Assembly (NCBI GenBank): GCA_010015805.1
Contig: ML978123.1
Location: 434,001 to 498,000, forward strand
From: Rhizodiscina lignyota
Lineage: Eukaryota
Direction of reading: 5' to 3'
DNA: 64,000 nucleotides
Positions 49,405-60,953 of the stretch are shown here, in pieces. The notes beneath the pieces are model-generated. The model had not been told where the DNA came from, searched no databases, and saw only the letters and a list, made by a program, of their open reading frames with translations. Within the stretch, counting starts at the first letter, position 1; the number at the start of each line of letters is the position of its first letter. The translations under genes were made by a program, and so were the position numbers.

Positions 49405-50066
49405 GCTGACTTTACATTTGACAAGAAATGGAATATGCACAAATTTGGAAAATCAGTCAATACAATCCAATCTATTTACATCGCATCGCAGCTGCGATCA
49501 AGATGATGGGCAGCATATAACTCCTGAACGTACGTACGCCTTGGGAAACAAGGCGAAAAGCTTCGCGCTGAAGCAGACGATATAACGATCAAACCGTCCA
49601 TTGAAACACGTTCAGCTGCAGACTGGCAGAGAGATAAGGATTTTAAAGATAAACTAAGAGGAGGTATATCGTGGAGAAGGTGATGCAAAGGCCTATCGCT
49701 TCAGATGTCATCTGTTGAAACAGCTTGGGTGTCAAGCCCAAGCTCACACCCCGGTTTGCCTCCTCTTTGATACATCATGGGGCACACTGCGACCGAAGAG
49801 AGAGAAATTCAGGTTCTAGAAAATGGAAACAAAGATTGAGAAAGGCCGAAGGAGGCAGATGTCGCCATATCGCGCAAATAGATATCTGCGGAGACCGGAT
49901 AAGAGGTTTTCATCCCTGTCGCTCCCTTGAAAGTCAGAAGCCAACGTCGCATCATCCCTCATCGTCTTCGAACCGCTCGACTCAGATTGTATCAACGCGC
50001 TCTCATTGCTCGCCCGTATTTTGAAGATCGTAGGGCATACTGAAAGTGACAGCAATCGTAGTGATA

Positions 50067-50726
50067 ATGGGAACCGCGCAGCCTGCCGTAGACCCGAAAG
50101 ACTCTGTCCGGCAAGCGTACGACCAGGTCGCAGATGCGTACTTCGACTGGGCAACACCTCGGCCGACAACAACTCGAGCTTCCTATATAGACAGACTGTT
50201 AAAGGAACTAAAACCTGGAGCATCAATCTTGGAGCTTGGCTGCGGGCCTGGAGTACCCTGCACGCAGCAGTTCATCTCTCATGGCTTGCAAGTTACAGCG
50301 GTTGATATCTCCATCGCTCAAATCGAGCTAGCGAGGAAACATGTTCCAGGCGCGACATTCTTGCATGCAGATATGACGGAGCTATTCTTTCCGGACAAGA
50401 GCTTTGATGCAGTGGTTGCGTTCTATTCCATCTTCCACTTACCGAAAGAAGAGCAGGGGATCATGATTCGCAAGATATCAGGCTGGTTAAAGGAAGGAGG
50501 CTGGATGCTTCTCAATTTCAGCACTAACGATGAGGATGTTCGAAGAGCAGGCTGGTTGGGTGCAACTGCGGAGATGTTCCACTTTGGATTAGGTGTGGAG
50601 GGAAACAGAGCTGTCATGGCGAAGGACGGAGCTGGGTTGAAGATCTTAGAAGACGAAGTTGCCGTCGAGGTGGTCGGGCGATTTGAGGAAAGATTCCATT
50701 GGTTTTTGGCCGTCAAAGAAAAGTAG
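50067..50726 (+). CDS. Class I SAM-dependent methyltransferase
   Basis: Motif I ILELGCGPG, VTAVDIS, ADMT, SFDAVVAFYSIFHLP, WLKEGG; intronless. Confidence 0.9.
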   Translation: MGTAQPAVDPKDSVRQAYDQVADAYFDWATPRPTTTRASYIDRLLKELKPGASILELGCGPGVPCTQQFISHGLQVTAVDISIAQIELARKHVPGATFLHADMTELFFPDKSFDAVVAFYSIFHLPKEEQGIMIRKISGWLKEGGWMLLNFSTNDEDVRRAGWLGATAEMFHFGLGVEGNRAVMAKDGAGLKILEDEVAVEVVGRFEERFHWFLAVKEK

Positions 50727-51641
50727 ACGAAGCGCTGAGCCAAAGTTCGATGCACCCATTTGAGCGTATCTCCGCTCCGTACAGCTCGTATGTACAAGGT
50801 ACCTGGAATTGGGAATATCTCGGCATCGGGGTGCCAAATTTGTGGGCGTACAGATACCCCAGGCCCAATGTCCTGGGCTCGCCGGACCTTTTGGGGACTT
50901 CAGTGGTCTCATCTCGAAGTCTAAGGAGGGAACGTTCTCTCCAAGTCGCAACATCGACATGGCGCAATATTTTCCTGGAAACTGATAAGATGGGACTCAA
51001 GACGAATCAAATGCTACTTAGGAATTCAAGTGGATACGCGTGTTTGCGGAGGAGAAGATGGTTGGGTGCGTGGCAATACTATCCTCCTTTCACAAGGATA
51101 GCGCGCGCGATAGAACGAAATCAACATAGGAGCAGCTAAAGGTTTACTCCGCTACACCATCCGTAGGCCAAGCATATCGCATCCCGATTCAAGAAGAAGG
51201 TGGAATTCGTGTTGACTGTTCTATGATTGGGGACACCAAAGTTTGGAGACCGACCAAAATACACTGAACGTCACGAAAGCTGCGATTGTACTTCATCAGG
51301 GCACTCGCAAACACCAACACTAGCACTCAGTGCAAACTTTCTACGCTGCTGCCTCGGTGACGCAAATTTTAATCTCGATCAGCTGCGATTACCTGGAGGC
51401 AAGACGGACGAGGATGGTTGACCTCCGGTAGCCCTTTGCATCAGGATTTGCAAGACCTGCAAGCAACTACATTCCAAATACCAGCAAACTGGTGAGTATC
51501 GGCAAGTTTGTTTTATAGGCAAGTGCACTTCCAGTATAAGGATATTGATAGATATCGGCGAGTTCGTCGAACCGTTCGACGGGCAATCTCACTTTAAACA
51601 GGCACGCTGATAATGCTCGTTTATCTGTAACAGTTCGATTT

Positions 51642-52664
51642 CTATTTCGCAGGGGTGCTAATGTACCAGGTTCCTTTAGTACCAGGTTCCTTTGGCTTAT
51701 CTTGTTCGAATTCTGGATTCGGTTGCAGAGGCTTCCAGATGCCGTTCAAATAGTCGCTTCTGATTTCGAGAGCGAGTGGCTCCAGCGCAGGATCATATTC
51801 GAAGTTGTCCGTCTTCTTCAAATACTTTCTGTCCTCCTTATTCCACTCTTGTCCTTTCCAGCGAATCCAATATGGATAGTGTCCACACATGTCTATGATA
51901 GCGAAGTGTGAATTGACGATCCTGATCCACCAGAAGGTATAGTCAGAAATTGTTGCCTCGCCGGATCGCTTCGGGTCATAAGTCTCTGTTGGAGGACCTT
52001 CTATCACCATGTTCTTGAATAGCTGGATGTCGACATCATCTGTTGCTTCGCGAGGTGTGAACGGGTCTCGTATGTTCGCGTGCAACTCTACCTCCGCCCT
52101 CATTTGGTGCAACCAGTTCTTCATGATCTGGCGGTCTTGCGACATGAACTCGTCCGAGTGAGCAAGTGGAGCCCAGAACCATAGCACGCGAGCTAACCAG
52201 TCGTCGACGGAGTAGCCACATGTTAACCACGCAGTCTTGCTTGCCGGGCTCACACCTTCTGGCTGGAACACAAGCTGACGCACCAGCTTCTCGCAAACAG
52301 GATCGAAGAATGCATGTGTGTAGCGAATGCTGTAGCCAGACGTTATGATACGCTGTTGATCGAGAATCGTAATCAGCCCAAGGCATTGTGCCGGATAGTC
52401 CGGATCCCAGCGGCTTGGGAGGAACTCGGTAAGGTCAATAGCCAGCAAGATCTCGAGCGGTATCTTGCTCAACGGCTCGAGGATTGAATAGAAGGCGAGG
52501 TCGTAAAGGGCCTTGCGAAGAGCGAAGTCCTCATAGAAATGCATCTTCCCGACTACCGTGCCGCTCGGAACTTGGCCCTTCGGCCATGGCCATTTCAATC
52601 GATACGCCGCAAGAAGGACCTTGGGGTCTAGAATTTCCTTGACCTGATGCTTAACATCCTCCAT
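51642..52664 (-). CDS. DUF924-like protein
   Basis: 340-aa ORF with LGLITILDQ, APLAHSD and HFAIIDMCGHYPY, degenerate versions of DUF924 ILLDQ, P..HSE and H..II..FGRFP. Confidence 0.65.
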   Translation of the reverse strand: MEDVKHQVKEILDPKVLLAAYRLKWPWPKGQVPSGTVVGKMHFYEDFALRKALYDLAFYSILEPLSKIPLEILLAIDLTEFLPSRWDPDYPAQCLGLITILDQQRIITSGYSIRYTHAFFDPVCEKLVRQLVFQPEGVSPASKTAWLTCGYSVDDWLARVLWFWAPLAHSDEFMSQDRQIMKNWLHQMRAEVELHANIRDPFTPREATDDVDIQLFKNMVIEGPPTETYDPKRSGEATISDYTFWWIRIVNSHFAIIDMCGHYPYWIRWKGQEWNKEDRKYLKKTDNFEYDPALEPLALEIRSDYLNGIWKPLQPNPEFEQDKPKEPGTKGTWYISTPAK

Positions 52665-53065
52665 TGCTCCTTCAAGATGTTTCTGAGACAGAATGATGTA
52701 GTACGAAGGTCTTCACAACGCTCGACATATATCCAGCTCTCTCGTCCACATTATTCCTAATCTCCATTGAAGCTCCAGTTTACTAGAAAGCTTGTGTCGA
52801 ACAGCGGGGGCTCTAAGGTGACGGGATATCGAGCATAAGAACTATCCATTTCCCAAATATGAACGATGTAACTGTAAGCGTTGACTAATGCGTCTCATAG
52901 CTTCGAGAGTCAGGAAGTTTGAGAGCGGGAATAGGAATCAAGGCGGATATACGCTAGCCTCAAAGAGGTTAGAGTAGTGACATACGACAACCAAACCCTT
53001 GCCATTTCGGATATTTGCCTGCGTGTACAGCGATTTCATGTCAAATATAAGACACAAACTCCATC

Positions 53066-54103
53066 TTAGTCACTACGTGGACTCCATGCAGCTCTAGAAC
53101 CAGCTGAGGTTGGACGATGATACCATCTGAAACCAAACCAGGCGGTAACAACACCAACCGCAGCGCCAGCTAGCACATCGAAGCCATGATTTCTGAAATC
53201 GAAGTACCTCGTACCACCAATGAAAATCGCGAGCCCAAGCGGAATATAAGGCAAGAATAGAAGGTACAGTGGCCCAGCAGTTGGTTGTTCCTGTGGCACT
53301 GATCGGCTTTCGGATGCTTCATCAACCGCGACAAGTGGCTCGACTGTCTCGTCGTTTTGGATATGTTCCTGCCTGGTGCTTCCAGATGGGATGGTGACGT
53401 TGAATTTGGAAGAGAGCCAGAGCGAGAGATACCACAGGCCCGCAAATGCCACTGGACAGCACATCAGAAGATAGTCACTAAAATATGCAGTAAGCCGACT
53501 CGCCTGATGTGTATCCGCTCGGAAAGCTTCTAAAACCGTCATTGAGCTTATTCTTGTCTGGTTGCTGGCAGATTTCCAGATTGACCATCACCCACAACGG
53601 GGAAAGACTATGTCCAAAGCCTCCGACTGTATGAGCTGTAATGTTTCTCACATCCGGCTGGCAAAGTTCCAGGAAGTTAGGGCGAGGCTTTCCGGTCAGG
53701 TTCTTGACTTGAGTGAAGACGATGGTTGTGGTTGCGAAGCTGACCCCAATCCCCAACAGACCTGCATTCATCTCCCAGAGCCTCTGTCGCCATATTTGCC
53801 TGCTGACAGGACGTCCTGGGACGAACAAGGATAAGACTATGATGAAGCCGACTGGTACAATAATGACGAGGAAGATAAACAAGCCCAGGGGAACTTTCGC
53901 AGCTCGAAAAGGGTACGAGATGCTGAGGTCAAGCACACTAAAGGTATGGTAGTCGGGGTTGACGGCCGATAAAGCGAGCGCAACGACGATGGCAATACTA
54001 TCGAACTGCCCTGAGCTGTAAGAATATAAGCAGAGACGAATCTTGCGTACAATATGAGTAGCCAGTCAGCCACATATGAGAGCACGATTTTTCTGGAAGC
54101 CAT
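53066..54103 (-). CDS. PAP2-family lipid phosphate phosphatase (DPP1/LPP1-like), motif C2 His replaced by Tyr
   Basis: C1 KNLTGKPRP, C2 SFPSGY and C3 TRYFDFRNHGFDV; two introns, the second a GC-AG intron at 53452-53503. Confidence 0.85.
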
Positions 54104-54700
54104 TGGCGATGAAGGGTTCAAAGAGTAAAGCTCTCTGCTGCTGCGGGGCTACGGTCAGAAACTCTCATGATATATGTAATATAGAGCTCACTGCAGCGCT
54201 GTTTGAATTCAGAAGCTGTGGTGTGAGGTCGGACTTGAAGCCGCTGGGATCCGCGGAGGAGAGCAGAGTTGGATCGGCGTGCATTTATGGACGTGTTTGG
54301 CAAAATTTACCGAGTTCATTTTGCGGCTTTCGTATTGCCCGGGCTGAAATGGCTCCAGAAAACTCAGTCCATAGATATTCAGTTCGACTCCTATTTTGTC
54401 TTCCTATTTTATTTCACCTCTGAGCAAGGCGTAGATGGCGACTTTCGGGGAAGATGGAATAATTTGTGCTAGTCTAAAAGCGGTTAGCGCAGAAATTAGC
54501 ACCTGCCAGGGCTGCGGCCACTCTCTCGCATGTTTACATCTCCAAACATTGACTTTTTCTCTTCTACAACAAACATGAACAGCGAATCGGCGCACGAGTC
54601 GAGTCTAACGGAATCATTCTAATTCCGCATGTTCCAAAGCATGTTTTAACGGAAGCCTATAGCTTTGCAGGTATATTGGAAGGAAGTACCTCAACTTAAG

Positions 54701-57484
54701 ATGAGCTCCACTTCACGCTCAACAGATGGTGCCGCGGAAGCACAGTCCTCAAAGCAAACGATATCCTGGACGACAGCAAGATGCCAGCGACTTCTGCGAC
54801 CTATAGCATCTCGATTGGTGGCTCTTCGGAAGTTGGAAAAGAGAGACGCAGCCAAACCGAATGTTTCAGCGACAGCTAAGGAGCCTCCAAAAGAGCACCG
54901 CGAAGCCGATGCAAGCACACCAATCGTCGACGCCTCCCCCGAGCACCAGAAAGATCCCGATTGGTTGGGGCACTTGCCGAAGAAGAAAGGACAGAAGCGC
55001 TTTACGGGCCGGCATACTTCAACACAGAGGAACCAGCAGTCTCACACTCAGGTCAACCAAACGAGGCCGATGCCAGGAGAAGTGTCACTGCCTACGCCGT
55101 ACCTTAGAAAAATATCCAATATCGACGAGATTGTGACCGCATCTCCGCTTTCATTTTCATCGACGACTGGCGGCAGTAGTATTCCGAATCGAGGTCATGA
55201 CGTTGATGATATCGCACCAGGGCCCGAAAGTCGGTCGCGGTCGCGGCGGCGTGGGCCGCGGAAGCCAAAATTCAGAAAACCCGATACCGATTTCAAGCGA
55301 TCAGAGAAAGACAAACTCGCCTGTGGGTTGATAGAACCATTCAAGCAACTGATTCTGGCTACGTCGGACGCTTCCGAAGGCTTCTCGCGGCGCTCTCTGT
55401 TCTCAATGTGTCTCCGCCAAGTGCCTGCATACATCGAGTTGGAAGAAAAGAGCCTCAAGGATGAGGACGCTAATGATGATGCGCTTGACCGCATTTCTGA
55501 CGAGATCTACGACGACTTAGAGAGTCTTGGGCACCAGGGCTGGAGGCCGCTTGCAGTCGTCGTACGAGCACACGGAGTTCGTCTCCTTGTGGAAGCTATC
55601 GCTAACAACTTGATCGGTAAATTTTGGGCCAATACATTCATCCACATTGCCCAGATCTATAAGGCGGAAGATGAGGCCGAGAAATTTGCCGCAGCTTTGA
55701 TCGGAACCGCCCGTCGCAAACAGCAGCGAGCAGCGGCAGCGGAAACACTATCACAGAACAGCATTCAAGAACAATCAGAAGACTCTTTACAATGGCTACT
55801 CGACATTTGTGCAGAGAAACTACCACTATCAGAGGCTTCTCACAGGAGATTCACACCAAACAACCCCTTGCCAGACCACCACCCAATACATATGGCATTG
55901 GACTTCGCAAGGCGTTCAAACCGCTGGGACTTCCTGTTCAAGGAATTTGTGTTGCTAATTGAGAGCGGCGCATTGTCTCTGGATTTCATCGCGAGCAGAG
56001 ATTTAGGCGACCTTTGGCGTAGAGCCGTCGGAGCTTTGTCCCCACTTAGCTCGTTCCAAGTTTACTATGGAAACGTGGCACTTCTCTTCAGTGCTGCGCT
56101 TAGAGCAAGAGCAATGGGTGTATCAAACCAGATGCTTGACCAGTTAGCCGAAGACTTTGGACCCGGACTGCCGAGAGCATTCCCCAGGCTGTTTTCCCCG
56201 AAAGGAGCCGAAACTTTCAATAGTTTAGCGACTAGCATCCTAAGTTCTGTAAGTGCAATTGGACTTTCTACGGCAAGCTTGGAAGATTCACAGGGAACAA
56301 TCTTACGTCGCGCAGACTGGGTGCTGCGGTATCTTGCTTTGGAAATCGTGGAGAACCCCGACAATTCGGAAATGACTTCTTCTTGGAATGTCAATGCGCT
56401 CATTGGAGACCTTATTCTCCAACTCTGCTGCATTCCAACTTCAAACGAAATGTGGAAGGTGTCCATTTCACGTTCGATTAGTGTGATTGCAGCCACTCTG
56501 AACGCTTCTCGACTCCCCAAATACGAGACCTCGACAACCCTGGATTCTATATCCACGTTTGTCTGCCAAATAGCCAAAGACAGCGGCCGAGGAACGAAAG
56601 ACAATGGATTCCCAACGCTCAAACGCATCTTGACGAAAATGGCAGAATATGCCATCGAAGATCCATCATCGTCCTCAGTTCTCCGAGATATGATCGTCCA
56701 CACCTCCCGTCGGTTTGCGAAGGAAGCAAAGACGTCAGAGTCTCGGGAATTGGTTGCTTCGATGGAGGCCCTGCTCGACTCAAGAAATCAAAACAAGTCA
56801 GGAGAACTTTACAATACAAGCCAGGACGACAATGTACCTCCCGGCTATCGATGGGACGATGTCATTGATGAATGGCTTGCTGTCACTCCGGCGCCGGGAC
56901 TAAAAGAGGGCATACATGCAAAATCCACTTACGCGGCGATGATTGAAGAAGAGAGTGAGGAAGACGAAAGCCCCGAGGCCGCGACACCGATCCGACCGCC
57001 GACGAAGCGAACTTCACCTGATGTGACAGAGCGCGATGCATCACCGGAGCATCTGCCATCGCACAAACGCCAATGTAGTGATGTTGGCAGCTTGCCAGAG
57101 TCACGTTTCCCTGCACCAGAGGCTCTTAGTGAGGCGTCGAGTCAGCAGCCTCAGAATTCCGGGAGAGCTGCCAGGGATGCACTGCGCGAACGGCGCCTTC
57201 AGATGCGCGCGGCGTCCGACGCGCTGTTGGGTAGCAGAATAGCGCACGACGAAAGCGATGCCGACGAAGATGATAGTGGCGATGAAGACGAATTGTCTTT
57301 TGAGAGGATGAGCATATCGGAGGGGAAGAAGCCGCTGGCGGCAAAGGCTTCAGCAGAGACAGCGCTGCGAAGGAGGAGCAGATTGTTGATATCGAGCAGA
57401 TTCTCTGCGCACAGCCGGCTTCGGCCGAGCTTGGATATTGCGAGATCGGACTTTGAGGACGATGCAGATGACGTAGACTTCTAG
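54701..57484 (+). CDS. Large fungal hypothetical protein (927 aa)
   Basis: Long uninterrupted ORF with conserved-looking blocks WTTARCQRLLRPIASRL, SLFSMCLRQVPAYIELEE and YRWDDVIDEWLAVTP; acidic tail. Confidence 0.85.
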   Translation: MSSTSRSTDGAAEAQSSKQTISWTTARCQRLLRPIASRLVALRKLEKRDAAKPNVSATAKEPPKEHREADASTPIVDASPEHQKDPDWLGHLPKKKGQKRFTGRHTSTQRNQQSHTQVNQTRPMPGEVSLPTPYLRKISNIDEIVTASPLSFSSTTGGSSIPNRGHDVDDIAPGPESRSRSRRRGPRKPKFRKPDTDFKRSEKDKLACGLIEPFKQLILATSDASEGFSRRSLFSMCLRQVPAYIELEEKSLKDEDANDDALDRISDEIYDDLESLGHQGWRPLAVVVRAHGVRLLVEAIANNLIGKFWANTFIHIAQIYKAEDEAEKFAAALIGTARRKQQRAAAAETLSQNSIQEQSEDSLQWLLDICAEKLPLSEASHRRFTPNNPLPDHHPIHMALDFARRSNRWDFLFKEFVLLIESGALSLDFIASRDLGDLWRRAVGALSPLSSFQVYYGNVALLFSAALRARAMGVSNQMLDQLAEDFGPGLPRAFPRLFSPKGAETFNSLATSILSSVSAIGLSTASLEDSQGTILRRADWVLRYLALEIVENPDNSEMTSSWNVNALIGDLILQLCCIPTSNEMWKVSISRSISVIAATLNASRLPKYETSTTLDSISTFVCQIAKDSGRGTKDNGFPTLKRILTKMAEYAIEDPSSSSVLRDMIVHTSRRFAKEAKTSESRELVASMEALLDSRNQNKSGELYNTSQDDNVPPGYRWDDVIDEWLAVTPAPGLKEGIHAKSTYAAMIEEESEEDESPEAATPIRPPTKRTSPDVTERDASPEHLPSHKRQCSDVGSLPESRFPAPEALSEASSQQPQNSGRAARDALRERRLQMRAASDALLGSRIAHDESDADEDDSGDEDELSFERMSISEGKKPLAAKASAETALRRRSRLLISSRFSAHSRLRPSLDIARSDFEDDADDVDF

Positions 57485-57553
57485 GAGAGAGCGAATCAAT
57501 TGAGCTTGCATGCGGCACATTATGAAGAGCTGGTTTCTCGTGAGTGTGTGAGA

Positions 57554-57882
57554 CCTGTAACGGCATCTCCTTTCTGTGACAACGAGAGGTAAATCTCCTA
57601 AGGTAGGTTGCGTAAGGTACTCCCTAACAATCTCGAACATAAACCTACTAATATACAGAAGCCTTTTAGAAGTTCTAAAGGCGACTATAATAGAGTAGCT
57701 CTATCGTGAGCGTATAAGTCCTGCAACGGCGGACCCTTTCCGTAACAACGCGAAACAGATCCTCTAAGGTAGGCCTGGGAAGTTACTCCCTGGCAACCCC
57801 GAATGTAAACTCGCTAATGTACGGAAGCTTCTTAGAAGTGCTGAAGGTGACTAATAGAAGGGCTCTGCGCTCCGTAGACTGT
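57554..57882. repeat. Degenerate direct tandem duplication, period 166 bp
   Basis: Copy 1 (from 57554) cctgtaacggc...ctaaggtagg...tactccctaacaatctcgaacataaac...ttagaagt aligns with copy 2 (from 57720) cctgcaacggc...ctaaggtagg...tactccctggcaaccccgaatgtaaac...ttagaagt. Confidence 0.85.
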
Positions 57883-58667
57883 GCGCTCGCCGGGAACTCG
57901 CTCCTTCGTACATATCAGGTCCCGGCTTGTCATTATTCACAGTGATCATCCTTCCGTAAACAGGTTGGCGCGACACGTCGCGTCGCGGCGCGTCGCGCCG
58001 CAGTTTTATCGCGTGATAACCCAAGAGGAAGCCCGAGGCGAGCCTCAAGTCGCAGGGAATACGTGGCGTGAAAGTCATATAAGATCATCGCTAACTACCT
58101 AGGTATCTATCAAGCGGGCAAATCGCCCCCAAAACCAAAAAAGTGGTGCGCGGCATTCCCTTCGGGGTACTAGCCGTCCCTCGCAAGCCGACCGTGAGCC
58201 CATGCCATGTCCACCAAGAGACGGACGTCCTCCTCTTCTGTACAAGCAGGCCTGAATACCAAATGCCAGCAGAAGCGCATGCCGAAAAAGCTGCCGAGAT
58301 TAAAAGAGTACGCCGAAGAAGTGATAAGCCTGATTAGCCCCCTCCCTCCCCGCAGATACGAAGCAGAGCGATACTTGTGCGTGAGGAACATCAAAAACGT
58401 TCAAGACAAAGGAAACCGGTAGCGACTGTCGTGTAGCGAGCGTGATCACGTAATTCGTGAAAAAGTAAACCGGTCGGCCTTAAAATCTCGTCCCGTGTCG
58501 TTCGAACCCATGCATATCCAAATGCATCGTGGACCCGTGAAAAAGCATCGTCGTGAAACACCTTGCCATCTCTAAGAGGCCGGACCGTCCGCCCTGAACG
58601 AAAGGTAATAAAAGCAACTCCGGAATCCCAATCAAAAGATAATATAGGTCCCACATATACAGTCCGC

Positions 58668-60953
58668 TTAAATCATGCCGCCCAAGGCTTGCAGTGGATT
58701 CATGGTCGAATGTCGCTTCTGCGATGCAGGAGATGGAGTGGCGTACGCTCCTATTCCTGCGTTCATGTAATTCGGCGTCATCGCATCGTATGGAGCTTGC
58801 GAGTATGACATGTGCGGTGTCGAGTGTGGGTGCATGTGGCTCAGAGGAGTCGACTCTCGTTCCGGGTGCTCGGTATCAACCTCTGATTTGACATGGACTT
58901 GCATCTCGTCTATATCGCTGGAAAAATGTTCCGACGGAGTCGAAGAATGCTCCATTTTGAGGGGAGGCGGAGGAAACGCGGTCAAAGGAGGAGAATCCTT
59001 TGGTGGTGGAAATGGTACGTTAATACCTGAGCTCATCGGATTTCCGGAGCTTGTTCCAGATGAAGATGGTGCTCTTCGCAGCTGGGTATTGGTTTCACGT
59101 CGGCGTTTTGGACCATCCTTTACTTTGGGGTGAGTGTGGCACTGATTCTGTTAGCTTTTATTTTACCCGATACGACTATCAATACTCACTTTGTAAGCGT
59201 GCCTGAACCACGTTGTACCCTTCTTCTTGCTGCTGACAAGCGCTATCCACTCTCCGCAGCTGCCGCAGAGGCCTTCCCAAACGTCGAGATTCCCCTCGGT
59301 TCTCCTGTTCTCTTGTGGGCCTTGGAAGGCTGCACCAGTCGCGGCGCTGACACCGTGAGTGAACGATTTGTCGTACCAGAATGCGCTGTTCTTCAACACC
59401 AGCCAGCGACCCGGTTTGCAGAGGCCGCACCAACCCTCTCGCTTGTTCCCATGACCGCGCACCCATCGAGGAGTGTAAAGGTCACCAGTAAAGCGCAGGT
59501 CCTGCTCGTGAGGCGCGAGATCTGGGTCGGATGGGTGCATATCGCTCTCTGGTGGGTCGCAAGGCTCTTCGTGCAAAGAAGAGTAGAGATCCGGCGGATC
59601 AGACAGGTCAGCGAAATGCGATGCGCAACCTGAGTGACGGTCCGCATTGCTCTGAAGCAAGCGGAAGAGGCCCTGTGAAGGCAGCTGATGAGAAACTTCA
59701 GGCGCAAAGGCATGATCAGGCGGCGAAGAGAATAGAGTTGCGCCATTAGATTGAAGTTGTGGTGGTTGAGAGAAGAGGACTGGATTAGATGGAGGCGCAA
59801 GACTCATTCCATGAATCGAGTACTGGGGTATCGAGTGGTGAGGATTGAGTGGAGAGCCGTAGAAATATGAGTGGCGATGGTTCGTGGCGTTCGTGCTGTT
59901 GCGCTGCGGCATCGGTGCAGGCGCGGTGGGCGCGTACATGCCAGTAGACCAACGCTTGTTCCGCGTGCTGTCCATGTTGTAAGGTGATGAGCGCACATTG
60001 TAAGGAGCGGGTGATGCTCTTGATCTAGAGCCAACTTTCATTGACTCGTGGAATGAGTGTCGTGGTGATGCTGTCGGTGAGAGAGCAGTGGGTGGAGGCT
60101 CCAAGTTACTCCACACTTCTGAGTCGGAGATGAACGATAACCTCTCTGAGCCGGCAACAGAGCTAGTGAAGTCATCATACGAGGGAACCTCTGCCATGGG
60201 GCCAGTACTGGACATGCTGAATGATGATTCTGACATTCGGCGCGACATGTGGCCATTGAAAGTGCCTTGGCTGTCATCGCCATCGAATTTCGTATACTGT
60301 CTCAGGTCGATAATGGAAGTGTCCTCATCGTTCTGAAGCATGCCATGATTCAAGTCACTCATTTCTGAGTCGAAAGTTGAGAAGTCGACATCGTTGATAG
60401 CTTTCTGAGTCCATGCGCCTGAGGTATAGAGTTAGCATCATAGATGATGTCTAGATTAGGTAGCAACTTACTAGAGTCCATGGCCGCAGTTGGAAGCGTA
60501 TCGCCCTGCATTGTAGTGTGAGGTTGTTGAGCATTAAGAGGTTGCATGGGAGATTCGACCATGCTGGCAGGGCGAGGGCGGGTAGAAAAGTCGGAAACGC
60601 CTTGCGCCTGGTTCATGGCACGATTGCCGGCATGGGTCATTGCTGTGGTATTGCGGCGTTGAAGAGGACTGTAAGCGACGCCGGCATAAGTATTTCCAGC
60701 GGACCATGTCCCGTATGAGGAGGGAGGCCGCGAACTCTGTTGCTGAGAGGCCGGTGGTGTCGCAGGGAAGTTCCCGTTCGGATACATCATAGTAGCAGCA
60801 TTACGCGTTGGGTTCTGGGACACAGGAGTAGATCTACTGGAGCCAGGACGGAACCTAGAGTATATACACGATCAGCCTGAATTATTACAAACTAGGCTGG
60901 CGGGGTTCTTTGGAAAGGGGACAGACTTACTGATGTAGCGCATTAAATTCCAT
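58668..60953 (-). CDS. Transcription regulator with a Rua1 C-terminal (DUF4451-type) domain
   Basis: Four-exon model starting MEFNALHQFRPG. It contains EQDLRFTGDLYTPRWVRGHGNKREGWCGLCKPGRWLVLKNSAFWYDKSFTHG...EGLCGSC...WFRHAYKCH. Confidence 0.85.

Noticed and set aside
50750..51500. Coding-like fragments between the methyltransferase and DUF924
   Set aside because: It may be an eroded gene, but I could not assign a family or a consistent frame. BLASTx would decide.
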